From positions 1-55,554 of the forward strand of contig JBEPVF010000011.1 of NCBI GenBank assembly GCA_041691135.1: a stretch of DNA of 55,554 nucleotides, read 5' to 3'. The position numbers and the translations under genes were made by a program. Under the pieces are notes generated by a model. That model did not search any database. It saw only the letters and a list, made by a program, of their open reading frames with translations, and was not told the DNA's origin. Positions 47,120 to 55,554 of the stretch are shown piece after piece (positions within the stretch are counted from its first letter, which is position 1; the number at the start of each line of letters is the position of its first letter). The stretch is from Candidatus Peribacteria bacterium. Its GTDB lineage: Bacteria > Patescibacteriota > Gracilibacteria > Peribacterales > Peribacteraceae.

Positions 47120-48904
47120 CTAATCGAGCTCAAACTTCTTCAAATGTGCCTCCCGCGCATCGCCTTTCATCAATTCCATATGGTCCTTCTTGGCCAGCAC
47201 ATGTGAGCCAAGAACCAAGTAATCCATGTCGGTGTGCAAAAAGCACATGAGTGCATCCTTGGGCGCGCAGACGATCGGTTCGCCACGGACATTGAAGGAC
47301 GTATTGATGATCACCGGGCATCCCGTGCGTTCGTAGAACTTCTTGAGCAGACGATAGTAACGCGGATTCTGCTCTTCACGGATTGTCTGGATGCGGGCTG
47401 ATTTATCGACGTGCGTCACAGCTGGAATTCCCTCTTTCTTCACGGGTGCCACGAGCAACATGTACGGGCTCTCGCGATCAAGATCGAACCATTCGGACAC
47501 TTTTTCTTCCAGCACTGTCGGCGCGAAGGGACGGAACGATTCGCGGAATTTAATTTTGAGATTCACCTTCTTCCAGTTGTTCTCGTTGCGCGCATCGGCC
47601 AAGATCGACCGTCCGCCAAGTGAACGGGGACCGAATTCCATGCGTCCCTGGAACCAGCCGATTACATTTTCGCCATCGATATGGCCGGCAACGGCATCGA
47701 GCAATGTGTCTTCGTCGTCATACGTCGTCCAGGTGAGCGGACCGCCGGCATCTTTTTGTCCCGGGCCAGACAAGTACGTTGCGATTTCTTCATCCGAAAA
47801 TTCGGGCCCATAGAACACATGCTTCATCGTATTTTCGGGTGTCTTTGGATTCTTCAGCACCGTATGCCACACGTACTGCGCCGCGCCAAGTGCTCCGCCT
47901 GCATCACCCGACGCCGGTTGAATGAAAATCTGTTCGAACGGTCCTTCGCGCAGAATACGACCGTTGGCGACGCAGTTGAGCGCCACGCCTCCTGCCATGC
48001 ACAGATTCTTGCTCGGATGCTGTTGATGCGCATGGCGGACGATGCGGAGCATCAGCTCTTCCGTCACCACCTGCAACGAAGCCGCGATGTCTTTATGCTT
48101 TTGCTCAAGCGGCGATTCCGATTTGCGCGGCGACCCTCCAAAGAGCGTATTGAACTTGCCGCTCGTCATGCGGAATCCATATTCGTAGGCGAAGTACTCC
48201 ATCTTCAGATGAAAACTTCCGTCTTCTTTGCTGTCGATGAGCTGCCACATTTTGTCGAGATACGGATTGGGATCGCCATACGGCGCCAGACCCATCACCT
48301 TGTATTCGGCACTGTTCACTTTGAATCCCAAATAACCCGTCACTGCAGAATACAAAAGACCAAGCGAGTGCGGGAAATGCAATGTCTGCGTCAGAACCAA
48401 ATCGGATTCTTTGCCGTAGCCAAGCGTGGTCGTCTCCCACTCGCCCACGCCATCGACCGTGACGACCGCCGCATCCTGGAACGGTGAACTGAAGTACGCG
48501 CTGGCCGCGTGCGACAGGTGATGTTCGCAGAACAGGATATCGCCTTTGTAATCTAAGCTTCGGCCGATCTGCTGACGGGCCCACAGTTTTTTGCTGAGCC
48601 AGACAGTGAATGACTGCAGCATCTGGAAGTATCCGCGCGGCCACGCATCGAGCGCCGTCTGCAGAATACGTTCGAATTTGGTGAGCGGCTTGTCGTAAAA
48701 AACCACGTACGCCAGATCATCTTTGGTGATGCCCGCCTCGCGCAGACAATATTCCACCGCTTTGCGCGGGAAGTTTTCGTCGTGCTTGATGCGCGTGAAG
48801 CGCTCTTCGTGGGCGGCAGCGACCAGAACGCCATCTTTGAGCAGCGCAGCTGCGCTGTCGTGGTAATAACACGAGATGCCGAGAATGTAGACGGGCTTCG
48901 ACAC
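47120..48904 (-). CDS. O-carbamoyltransferase (NodU/CmcH/SxtI family)
   Basis: YHDSAAAL, EERFTR.KH, HHLSHAAS, DGVGE, GGVALNC, EFGPR.LG.RSIL, KFRESFRPFAP, NTSFN. Confidence 0.95.
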   Translation of the reverse strand: MSKPVYILGISCYYHDSAAALLKDGVLVAAAHEERFTRIKHDENFPRKAVEYCLREAGITKDDLAYVVFYDKPLTKFERILQTALDAWPRGYFQMLQSFTVWLSKKLWARQQIGRSLDYKGDILFCEHHLSHAASAYFSSPFQDAAVVTVDGVGEWETTTLGYGKESDLVLTQTLHFPHSLGLLYSAVTGYLGFKVNSAEYKVMGLAPYGDPNPYLDKMWQLIDSKEDGSFHLKMEYFAYEYGFRMTSGKFNTLFGGSPRKSESPLEQKHKDIAASLQVVTEELMLRIVRHAHQQHPSKNLCMAGGVALNCVANGRILREGPFEQIFIQPASGDAGGALGAAQYVWHTVLKNPKTPENTMKHVFYGPEFSDEEIATYLSGPGQKDAGGPLTWTTYDDEDTLLDAVAGHIDGENVIGWFQGRMEFGPRSLGGRSILADARNENNWKKVNLKIKFRESFRPFAPTVLEEKVSEWFDLDRESPYMLLVAPVKKEGIPAVTHVDKSARIQTIREEQNPRYYRLLKKFYERTGCPVIINTSFNVRGEPIVCAPKDALMCFLHTDMDYLVLGSHVLAKKDHMELMKGDAREAHLKKFELD

Positions 48905-48906
48905 GG

Positions 48907-49182
48907 TTAAAAAATGCGATGCAGGGATTCAAGAGTGGCGGCCACCGGTTCTTTGTTGATCCAGTAAGTGTCGGAAGCTTTTTGACCGGACACCAATCGG
49001 CTGATTTTTCGAATAATCGCGACAGGTCCCAGGATGACGACATACATGACGGTCAGAATAATCCGGCCGTTCACCCAGCCAAGCACGTGCGCGAAAGCCA
49101 TCCATCCGCGATAGAGCGGCGTGACCACCGTTTGAAGAGGCGCAGGCAGCCGGCGAATGTACCAGGGAATTTCGAGATCCAT
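48907..49182 (-). CDS. SxtJ-like membrane protein
   Basis: PLYRGWMAFAHVLGWVN..IIL...SDTYW motif; adjacent to the carbamoyltransferase. Confidence 0.8.
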   Translation of the reverse strand: MDLEIPWYIRRLPAPLQTVVTPLYRGWMAFAHVLGWVNGRIILTVMYVVILGPVAIIRKISRLVSGQKASDTYWINKEPVAATLESLHRIF

Positions 49183-49282
49183 GAGGCCAGTAGGATAGCG
49201 AACAAGGAGAGAAGCACGAAATTCGAAATGCGAAAAATCCTGGCGCCGTGCTTCGGGCAACGAACATCGGTACAGTACGCAC

Positions 49283-50689
49283 GTGCGAAACGCATCAACA
49301 TCGACGAAATGGACGATCTGGCTCCTTCTCGGCTGCTGCTTGTTTGCGATCCTTCTCTGGCTGCCGGGCCTGCAGTTCCCCGTCGTGCGCGATAGTTCTA
49401 TCTACGCGCTGCTCGGCCGAAATCTGTGGGACCATGGCCAATACAGCCTTCTTGGCGAACCCCATACGCGTTTTCCGCCGCTCCATCCGCTTGTCTCGGC
49501 GCCCTTCATCGCCGCTTTCGGCCTCTCGGCCGGCATCAAACTCTCGACGCTGGCGGCCGGTATTGCCGTGCTGGTACTGACCTTCTTGCTGTTAAGGCGC
49601 TCGATGAGCACAAACGTCGCTTTGCTCACAACATTGCTGGTGGCAATCCATCCCGGCTTTGTTCTGATGTCGATGCTCGGTGCATCGGATTTGCTCTTCA
49701 CCGCTTTCTTCTTGGGATTCCTGTATGCCTACCTTCGAGCCGGGACGAACACTCGCTGGTATCTGTTAGCCGGCTTGCTCCTCGGACTCAGCTGCCTCAC
49801 ACGCTACAACGGCTTGCCGCTCTTCGCGCTGTATGGGTGTTACGCGCTCTGGAAACGCCGTGAGCATCTAAAAGTATCCACCTTCTGGACCGGACTCGTC
49901 ATCGGCGGTTTTCTGTTCGCATTGTGGATCGGACGGACGTATCTGCTCACCGGACATCTGTCACAGACCGGCTACGGCGAAGAAGTCGCGGCACAATCAC
50001 CAAACCTTTTGCTTCAGCTGCTGCGTAACATCGTCTACTACGTCAATCCGGTCCATAACATCTTCCCCTTCCTGTTTCCATTCGCGCTGTACGGGCTGTG
50101 GAGGTACTGGCAGCCACAAACATATCTGCTCTTGGGCATGCTGACGATCTGGCTGATCTCGGCCGTGTGGTGGGTGCAGGCGATCCGCTTCTTCTTCCCC
50201 GGTTATCCGATTCTGCTCGGCTTCGCCGCATTGGGCCTGCGCGATCTTTGGGTAGTCTCGCGTCGGTGGACAGCCGCGCTCATCGCCATCATCGCCATCG
50301 GCATCGGAATACAAGCGTTCTCGCTGTGCATCTACACCTATGGCTCCTGTAACAGCTGGTTCGATAAGCACGTGGGCATATTGCCCAAAGCAATGGGACT
50401 GAGTTCCGAAGGAATTTATACGTGGAAGCAGGGCATGGATAAGCTCAATACCATCGCCGAAAGCGGCGCTACCGTGTTCGTCCAATATCCATGGGATGCA
50501 GCTGTGTGGCAGGAAGATGGGGTGATCCGACCGGATTTGCATACCACCAATGATCCGAACGTGTGCCCGCTGTATCGGGTGGAAGCGTCACCACTTCCCG
50601 GTGATGTGACTCTGTTCGCTACCGAGGACGCGCCAGTCTCCCATGTCTACAGGCATGAATGCGCTCCGCCAGCGCCGAAAAAGGGATGA
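49283..50689 (+). CDS. GT-C fold (ArnT/PMT-like) glycosyltransferase
   Basis: DSSIY...FPPLHP, SD, LTRY motifs; many TM helices. Confidence 0.8.
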   Translation: MRNASTSTKWTIWLLLGCCLFAILLWLPGLQFPVVRDSSIYALLGRNLWDHGQYSLLGEPHTRFPPLHPLVSAPFIAAFGLSAGIKLSTLAAGIAVLVLTFLLLRRSMSTNVALLTTLLVAIHPGFVLMSMLGASDLLFTAFFLGFLYAYLRAGTNTRWYLLAGLLLGLSCLTRYNGLPLFALYGCYALWKRREHLKVSTFWTGLVIGGFLFALWIGRTYLLTGHLSQTGYGEEVAAQSPNLLLQLLRNIVYYVNPVHNIFPFLFPFALYGLWRYWQPQTYLLLGMLTIWLISAVWWVQAIRFFFPGYPILLGFAALGLRDLWVVSRRWTAALIAIIAIGIGIQAFSLCIYTYGSCNSWFDKHVGILPKAMGLSSEGIYTWKQGMDKLNTIAESGATVFVQYPWDAAVWQEDGVIRPDLHTTNDPNVCPLYRVEASPLPGDVTLFATEDAPVSHVYRHECAPPAPKKG

Positions 50690-50720
50690 ATGCAACGTTG
50701 GCTTCTTCTATGCTGCTGAT

Positions 50721-51605
50721 ATGAAGCTACTGGTAACCGGCGCATCGGGTTTTGTCGGCGCGAATCTGACGCGAACGTTGCGGGACCAAGGACATGATGT
50801 GATGGCAGTTGACCGAATGCCGCGTTCACCGGATGTCCAAGAGGCCGACGTGAGCACACAGGAATTTTGGCAAACATTGGATGGTGAGTTCGATGCGATC
50901 TTCCACGAGGCTGCCTGCACCGACACAACAGTGATGGACCGCAATTTTATGTGGCGTCACAACGTGACTGCGTTCGAGCACTTGTTACAGTGGGCCACTG
51001 ACCACAAAACACGTGTGATCTACGCCTCATCGGCGGCCGTGTACGGCAACAGCCCCTCACCGCAGCGCGTGGGTGAACATGAACTGCCGTTGAACGTCTA
51101 CGGTGAATCGAAGCTAGCGATGGATCAGAAGACGCGCTCGATCCTGGCTGCACCATCCATACCGATCATCGCCCTGCGGTACTTCAACGTATACGGCCCG
51201 GGCGAAGCGCACAAAGAACATATGGCCAGTATGATTTATAAACTGGCACAACAAATGCGTGAAGGAAAACAACCGCGCATCTTCTTCGATGGCACGCAGA
51301 AACGTGATCAGATATATGTGGTCGATGTAGTGGAAGCGAATCTATGTGCGCTCAAGGCGCCACCTGAGGCCAATGGCATCTACAATGTCGGCTCGGGAAA
51401 AGCCGTCAGTTTTAACGATATCATCACCGAACTGAACCGCGTGGTCGGCACAGACCACCAGCCTGATTATTTCGACAATCCATACAGCTTCTATCAAAAC
51501 CATACCGAAGCGGATATCAGCGACACAACACGCCTGCTCGGCTACCAACCGCAGTACGATTTAAGACAAGGTATTGAGGATTATGCGAAGAGTGGACTCT
51601 TATAA
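50721..51605 (+). CDS. gmhD: ADP-L-glycero-D-manno-heptose 6-epimerase
   Basis: TGASGFVG, FHEAACTDTT, YASSAAVYG, PLNVYGESK, LRYFNVYGP.E.HK..MAS, YQ..T.AD. Confidence 0.9.
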   Translation: MKLLVTGASGFVGANLTRTLRDQGHDVMAVDRMPRSPDVQEADVSTQEFWQTLDGEFDAIFHEAACTDTTVMDRNFMWRHNVTAFEHLLQWATDHKTRVIYASSAAVYGNSPSPQRVGEHELPLNVYGESKLAMDQKTRSILAAPSIPIIALRYFNVYGPGEAHKEHMASMIYKLAQQMREGKQPRIFFDGTQKRDQIYVVDVVEANLCALKAPPEANGIYNVGSGKAVSFNDIITELNRVVGTDHQPDYFDNPYSFYQNHTEADISDTTRLLGYQPQYDLRQGIEDYAKSGLL

Positions 51606-51655
51606 AACTAAGAAAAGATCCCATTTTTCATTGTCCATTGTACATTTTACATTCT

Positions 51656-52765
51656 TCATTTCCTGCCGAGGACTTTCTTCAACCCCTCAAACACGGCATC
51701 AACGGATGTATCGCGAGCGCAGCGGAGCTGTTCCTCAGTCCCCTGCCGTGGCGTGAGCGAGACGAATACCCATGGCTCGCAGCCTGCGGGTGGTGGAATA
51801 TGCACGATAGTCGCACTTTCGGGTGGCACTTGTTCGGCCGGGGAGATCGGTCCCAGGATGATCACGAGCGGCGTGCCCATCGCGAAGGCGACGTACAACG
51901 GTCCCGTATCGACTGATACGTGGGCGGCTGCATGCTTGCACAGTGCTCCAAGCGCACCGAGGGATAAGTTCGATCCATCGAATACGCTCTCGGGGCGATG
52001 TGCTGCCGAGCGAACGCGTTTCACTCGTTCGTGGTCCAACGTGGAAAGAACAATGGGCAGCTGCAACTCATTCTGAATACGATCGATCAGCGCAGCGAAT
52101 TTGTCTGCCGGCCACTCCTTTACACTGTTGCCTGCCGAAAGGTTCACGATGATGAACGGTGTATCGGTAAGTTTATGCGCCGCCAGCCAGGCATCAACTT
52201 TCTCTTTCGCTCCCGCTGAGACGGGAAAATCCAATCGATAGTCCGTTGGTTGGATGTCCATCGGCGACAGGAGTTTCATGTAATGATCGAATGTCCGCGT
52301 GCGAATGAGGTACGGAAAATTCCACCGACTGAACATGCGGTACCAGCGAACCAGAATGCCATGGGCGTCGGATGACGTGTTAATTCGATTCGGGCACAGC
52401 GCCCACAGACCGATGACTGAGGCAAAGGCGCCGGGCATGCAATTGATAGTCCAACGGTAGCGTTCACCGCGAAGAATGCGCAGGAGCGACCAGCGTGGCT
52501 GCGCCTCATAAATATGGAGCGCATCGACGTACGGATTATCAACCAGAATAATCGCACTGCCGCGACGACACAGAACATGAACACTGGTCTGGGGATGAGC
52601 TTCTTTGATCGCCCGAAACATCGGCGTTGTACACAGCAGATCGCCTACTTTGCCCAGCTGAATGATGAGCACGGAATCATGGTCTGAACGACGTCTGCGT
52701 CTGCTCGACAGCACTAGAAAAGGCGACGAAATGATAGTAGCCAGTGCCCAAAGAAGTGCCTTCAT
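51656..52765 (-). CDS. GT9 (heptosyltransferase-family) glycosyltransferase
   Basis: GKVGDLLCTTP, K.WP..KF, SVDTGP...A.A.GTP. Confidence 0.88.
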   Translation of the reverse strand: MKALLWALATIISSPFLVLSSRRRRRSDHDSVLIIQLGKVGDLLCTTPMFRAIKEAHPQTSVHVLCRRGSAIILVDNPYVDALHIYEAQPRWSLLRILRGERYRWTINCMPGAFASVIGLWALCPNRINTSSDAHGILVRWYRMFSRWNFPYLIRTRTFDHYMKLLSPMDIQPTDYRLDFPVSAGAKEKVDAWLAAHKLTDTPFIIVNLSAGNSVKEWPADKFAALIDRIQNELQLPIVLSTLDHERVKRVRSAAHRPESVFDGSNLSLGALGALCKHAAAHVSVDTGPLYVAFAMGTPLVIILGPISPAEQVPPESATIVHIPPPAGCEPWVFVSLTPRQGTEEQLRCARDTSVDAVFEGLKKVLGRK

Positions 52766-53742
52766 GACGACGATTGTGATTGCATCTTCTGTAATCGCTC
52801 GGTCGTGGAACCGAGTTCGGGCTTCACGTCGACCAGCACAAGTTCGGCGCCGATCTCGCTGAGCACCGGCGCCTCAATGCAATCTTTACCATACGATGCG
52901 GCGTTCACGTGCACATTCGGACGAATGCGTTTGAGCCACGCTCGCGGATCATCATCGTCAAAAATGAACACTGCATCGGCATGTGCTGAGACCTTTGCCG
53001 CGCGAACAAGCTGTGACTCATAGGGTCGATCCGGGCCTTTGTAGCGGCGGACGGACGCATCGCTGTTCACCCCCACGATTAGAACATCACCCTGCTTCCT
53101 GGCTTCGCTCAGTAGGTACAGATGACCCGGATGCAGCAGATCGAACGTACCATTGGTCGTCACAATCTTCTGTCCTTTTCTGCGGGCTTCATCGGCGAAA
53201 CGCACCGCATCATCGATCGTCACAAGAGAAGATACGGCAGTCAGAATGTCTGCCAGTTCTTCCAGATTTTGTATCCGGAAATCGGGCCGCGTCCCTCCAT
53301 CGCCATGATGCGGATCAACCACGAGTGCTGTCCGACATCCAACTGCTTGGCCAAATTCGATATCCGACCCGCGATTCCCCACCATCCAACACTCCTCTAC
53401 ATTTAAATCGTATTTTTTTTGCAATAGTTCCCACATTCCTACGGCCGGTTTGCGGCATGCACACTTGTCTTCTGGTTGATGCGGGCAGTACGCGATGGCA
53501 CGCAGTTCAATGCCTTCTGATTTGAGCCTGTCCGTGAGCCATTGATTGCACGCCTCCACGTTCTCGACTGTCGTGAGTCCTCGGCCAATGCCCGACTGAT
53601 TCGACACGACGAACAATTGCCAATCGGACAGACGCTTCAACCCTTCAATCACACCCGGCAAAAGCTCCATTGTCTCGGGCCGATAATCGTAATCCCGCTC
53701 CACGGTGAGCACTCCATCACGATCGAGCAGAAGTGTCTTCAT
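52762..53742 (-). CDS. fusion of GmhB heptose-bisphosphate phosphatase and HldC (RfaE domain II) nucleotidyltransferase
   Basis: LDRDGV, SNQSG, CPH....C.CRKP; TNGTFDLLHPGH, VGVNSDASV..YKG..RP, STT. Confidence 0.9.
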   Translation of the reverse strand: MKTLLLDRDGVLTVERDYDYRPETMELLPGVIEGLKRLSDWQLFVVSNQSGIGRGLTTVENVEACNQWLTDRLKSEGIELRAIAYCPHQPEDKCACRKPAVGMWELLQKKYDLNVEECWMVGNRGSDIEFGQAVGCRTALVVDPHHGDGGTRPDFRIQNLEELADILTAVSSLVTIDDAVRFADEARRKGQKIVTTNGTFDLLHPGHLYLLSEARKQGDVLIVGVNSDASVRRYKGPDRPYESQLVRAAKVSAHADAVFIFDDDDPRAWLKRIRPNVHVNAASYGKDCIEAPVLSEIGAELVLVDVKPELGSTTERLQKMQSQSSS

Positions 53743-55091
53743 AGGACACTGCGTAATTCCTCGACATTCACACGTGCCGTTCCTGCTTTGCTGACAACAA
53801 GACCGGCTGCTCGGTTGGCCAAATCAACCACTGCATTCAACTCACCTTTTGCACCCAAGCCGAGTGCCAGCACTGCCGCCACCGTGTCCCCTGCACCCGA
53901 CACATCCACGACCTGTTTCGTCTCGGCGGGAAATGATTTCGGTTTTGATCGCGGAGAGGCGAGGAGCATTCCCTCGGCACCCAATGTGAAGAGAACTGAA
54001 CCGCCTGTGGCACGCACGCACTGCACGGCGGCATCGTCCAAGTCGTCAGCATGCCCTCCAGTGAGGATGCTTGCTTCCGGACGATTGGGAGTGAGCAGCG
54101 TCGCTCCCCTGGCGTGTGAAAGATAGGAGGCATCGCGGGGTTTGGGATCGAGAATCACCGGAATGCCGGCCTTGTTGGCGAGCGCAATGCACTGTTCCAG
54201 CATTGCCGGCGTGAGTACGCCCTTGGCGTAGTCGCTGAGAAGCACCACTTGATGACGCGGCAATTCTTTCGCAAACACGGTCAGTAGTTTCTTCTGATCA
54301 GCAACGCTCGGAACCTGAACGATTTCATGATCCACTCGGAGTAACTGGTGATAACCGCCTGTCACATAGCGCTGCTTTTCGATGGTGGATATGCGCCCAT
54401 CAGTCTGCAGGAGCGATTTCACACCGGCTGACTTCAGTAGCTTTGTCAGGAATTTTCCGGACGCATCGTTGCCGATCATGCCAAGAAGGCTCACGCTACC
54501 GCCCAGTGACGCCACGTTGACGGCAGCATTGGCCGCGCCACCCGGCATCGAACGATGTCCGGTTGCATGCAAGACAGGAATCGGTGCTTCGGGCGACAAA
54601 CGGTGCACGTCGCCATCGATGTACGTATCGAGCATCGCATCGCCCACCACCAACACTGCGACATTTTTGAATTGCCCCAGTAACTTCGACTGTGCGCCGT
54701 GGCGTTCCGGATCCACGTGCCCCGAAAATTCGCTGCGGTAACTGTCATCCTCCTGATGGTGCGTGGAGAATTCGATAATCTCGCTGTCGGCAAGTCCAGT
54801 AAACCGATGTGGAGCCTTGGCCGGCACATGGACGAAATCGCCCGGCTCGAGTGTGTACTTTTTGCCATCGAGCTCCAGCAGCACCCGACCGGACTGCAGA
54901 TAGAACACTTCATCCTTCTCGCGATGCTCATGCATGCTGCACCGATGATTTTTCTTCAACAAAAGTTTTTTGCCGCAGTACTCCTTATTCACGATCCACT
55001 GCTCCTCACCCCACGCTTTTTTGACGCGGTGAACCTTACCACCCGGAAAGTAGCGCTGATCTGAGCCAGAATGGACGTATTGCTCCTCCAT
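53739..55091 (-). CDS. fusion of a cupin domain and HldA (RfaE domain I) heptose-7-phosphate kinase
   Basis: K.WG.E.W..N..YCGK.L...SMH.H..KDE.F cupin; VGDAMLD, RLSPEAPIPV, GGAANAA, SDYAKG, DVSGAGD. Confidence 0.9.
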   Translation of the reverse strand: MEEQYVHSGSDQRYFPGGKVHRVKKAWGEEQWIVNKEYCGKKLLLKKNHRCSMHEHREKDEVFYLQSGRVLLELDGKKYTLEPGDFVHVPAKAPHRFTGLADSEIIEFSTHHQEDDSYRSEFSGHVDPERHGAQSKLLGQFKNVAVLVVGDAMLDTYIDGDVHRLSPEAPIPVLHATGHRSMPGGAANAAVNVASLGGSVSLLGMIGNDASGKFLTKLLKSAGVKSLLQTDGRISTIEKQRYVTGGYHQLLRVDHEIVQVPSVADQKKLLTVFAKELPRHQVVLLSDYAKGVLTPAMLEQCIALANKAGIPVILDPKPRDASYLSHARGATLLTPNRPEASILTGGHADDLDDAAVQCVRATGGSVLFTLGAEGMLLASPRSKPKSFPAETKQVVDVSGAGDTVAAVLALGLGAKGELNAVVDLANRAAGLVVSKAGTARVNVEELRSVL

Positions 55092-55137
55092 GGAGGTACT
55101 ATACTGGTCGGAACGGGTAGGGCAAAGGACTCAGAAG

Positions 55138-55520
55138 GCCCTCACCCCGGCCCTCTCCCTCAGCCCGCTGTCGCGCAGGACCCTTGGTCATGCGTTCGTC
55201 ATGGAACACCAGAGACCTGCCGGGAGAGGGAGGTGCGTTGTATTTGTTTTGTGCAATGAAGCTTCATCCACTACACCCAGGCGGCTGCAGCCGCCGAATC
55301 TCTTCGCCTGCTCGCTATTCCAGACAATGACCCCCTCCGCCTATGTGGTGGGGATAGGTGGGTACGAACTTCCTTGTCGCCTGCCCATAGGCGCGACAAG
55401 GAAGTGAGGTGGGTCATAGAGGCGGCCTGTCCGGCGTAGCCCGCAGGCGAAGTCGGATGCGCTTCTTTTTGGTTCTTTTTCTTGTCGCGGGGAGACAATA
55501 AAAAGAACACCAGTGGTGAC
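55138..55520. repeat. dispersed structured non-coding element (copy C, with ~32-nt insertion)
   Basis: Colinear with copy B; shares the 3' tail AGTGGTGAC with copy A. Confidence 0.9.
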
Positions 55521-55554
55521 TGATGCTGTTCGTGTAGGAGAATATTTCAGACAT

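Noticed and set aside
11876-48487. Long antisense ORFs (e.g. 11876-12823, 13648-14538, 28360-29280, 47681-48487)
   Set aside because: Shadow frames of well-supported GC-rich genes, with no motifs of their own.
46862-49182. Saxitoxin biosynthesis
   Set aside because: No sxtA/sxtG-like core genes; the context is entirely glycan synthesis.
1-55554. CRISPR array or cas genes
   Set aside because: No regularly spaced 25-45 nt direct repeats with unique spacers; the repeats found are dispersed or period-7/9.
1-55554. UGA-to-Gly recoding (code 25) as in some CPR lineages
   Set aside because: RF2 is present with a UGA-dependent frameshift, and many genes end in TGA with ATGA overlaps.

Overview
About 55.5 kb of a moderately GC-rich bacterial chromosome using genetic code 11. 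It most resembles a CPR/Patescibacteria (Peribacteria-like) genome; that is an inference from gene content and the near-absence of Shine-Dalgarno sites. The first ~12 kb is housekeeping and accessory DNA: infC-rpmI-rplT, a PilN/PilO-like pair, prfB with its +1 frameshift, tRNA-Ser(CGA), PolX, ahcY and a PfkB nucleoside kinase. It also holds a 56-aa histone-fold gene that the ORF track missed. The remaining ~43 kb is a surface-glycan supercluster. It encodes nucleotide-sugar enzymes (Ugd, Gmd, Fcl, a ColD-like His-type dehydratase, an ADP-heptose pathway in unusual fusions), GT2/GtrA and GT-C transferases, and methyl, acyl, amide and carbamoyl tailoring enzymes. Small inserts interrupt it: a RAYT transposase between inverted REPs, a four-helix-bundle gene between inverted heptamer arrays, and an NYN nuclease with a convergent small-RNA-like hairpin. 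Non-coding highlights are a ~340-380 nt structured element present three times with compensatory covariation, dispersed degenerate 7-mer and 9-mer arrays (two inside CDSs), and a recurring TAnnnT-N6-8-ATG leaderless start signature. Many starts below are corrected from the ORF track using that signature. All family calls come from motif recognition by eye; no database search was run.
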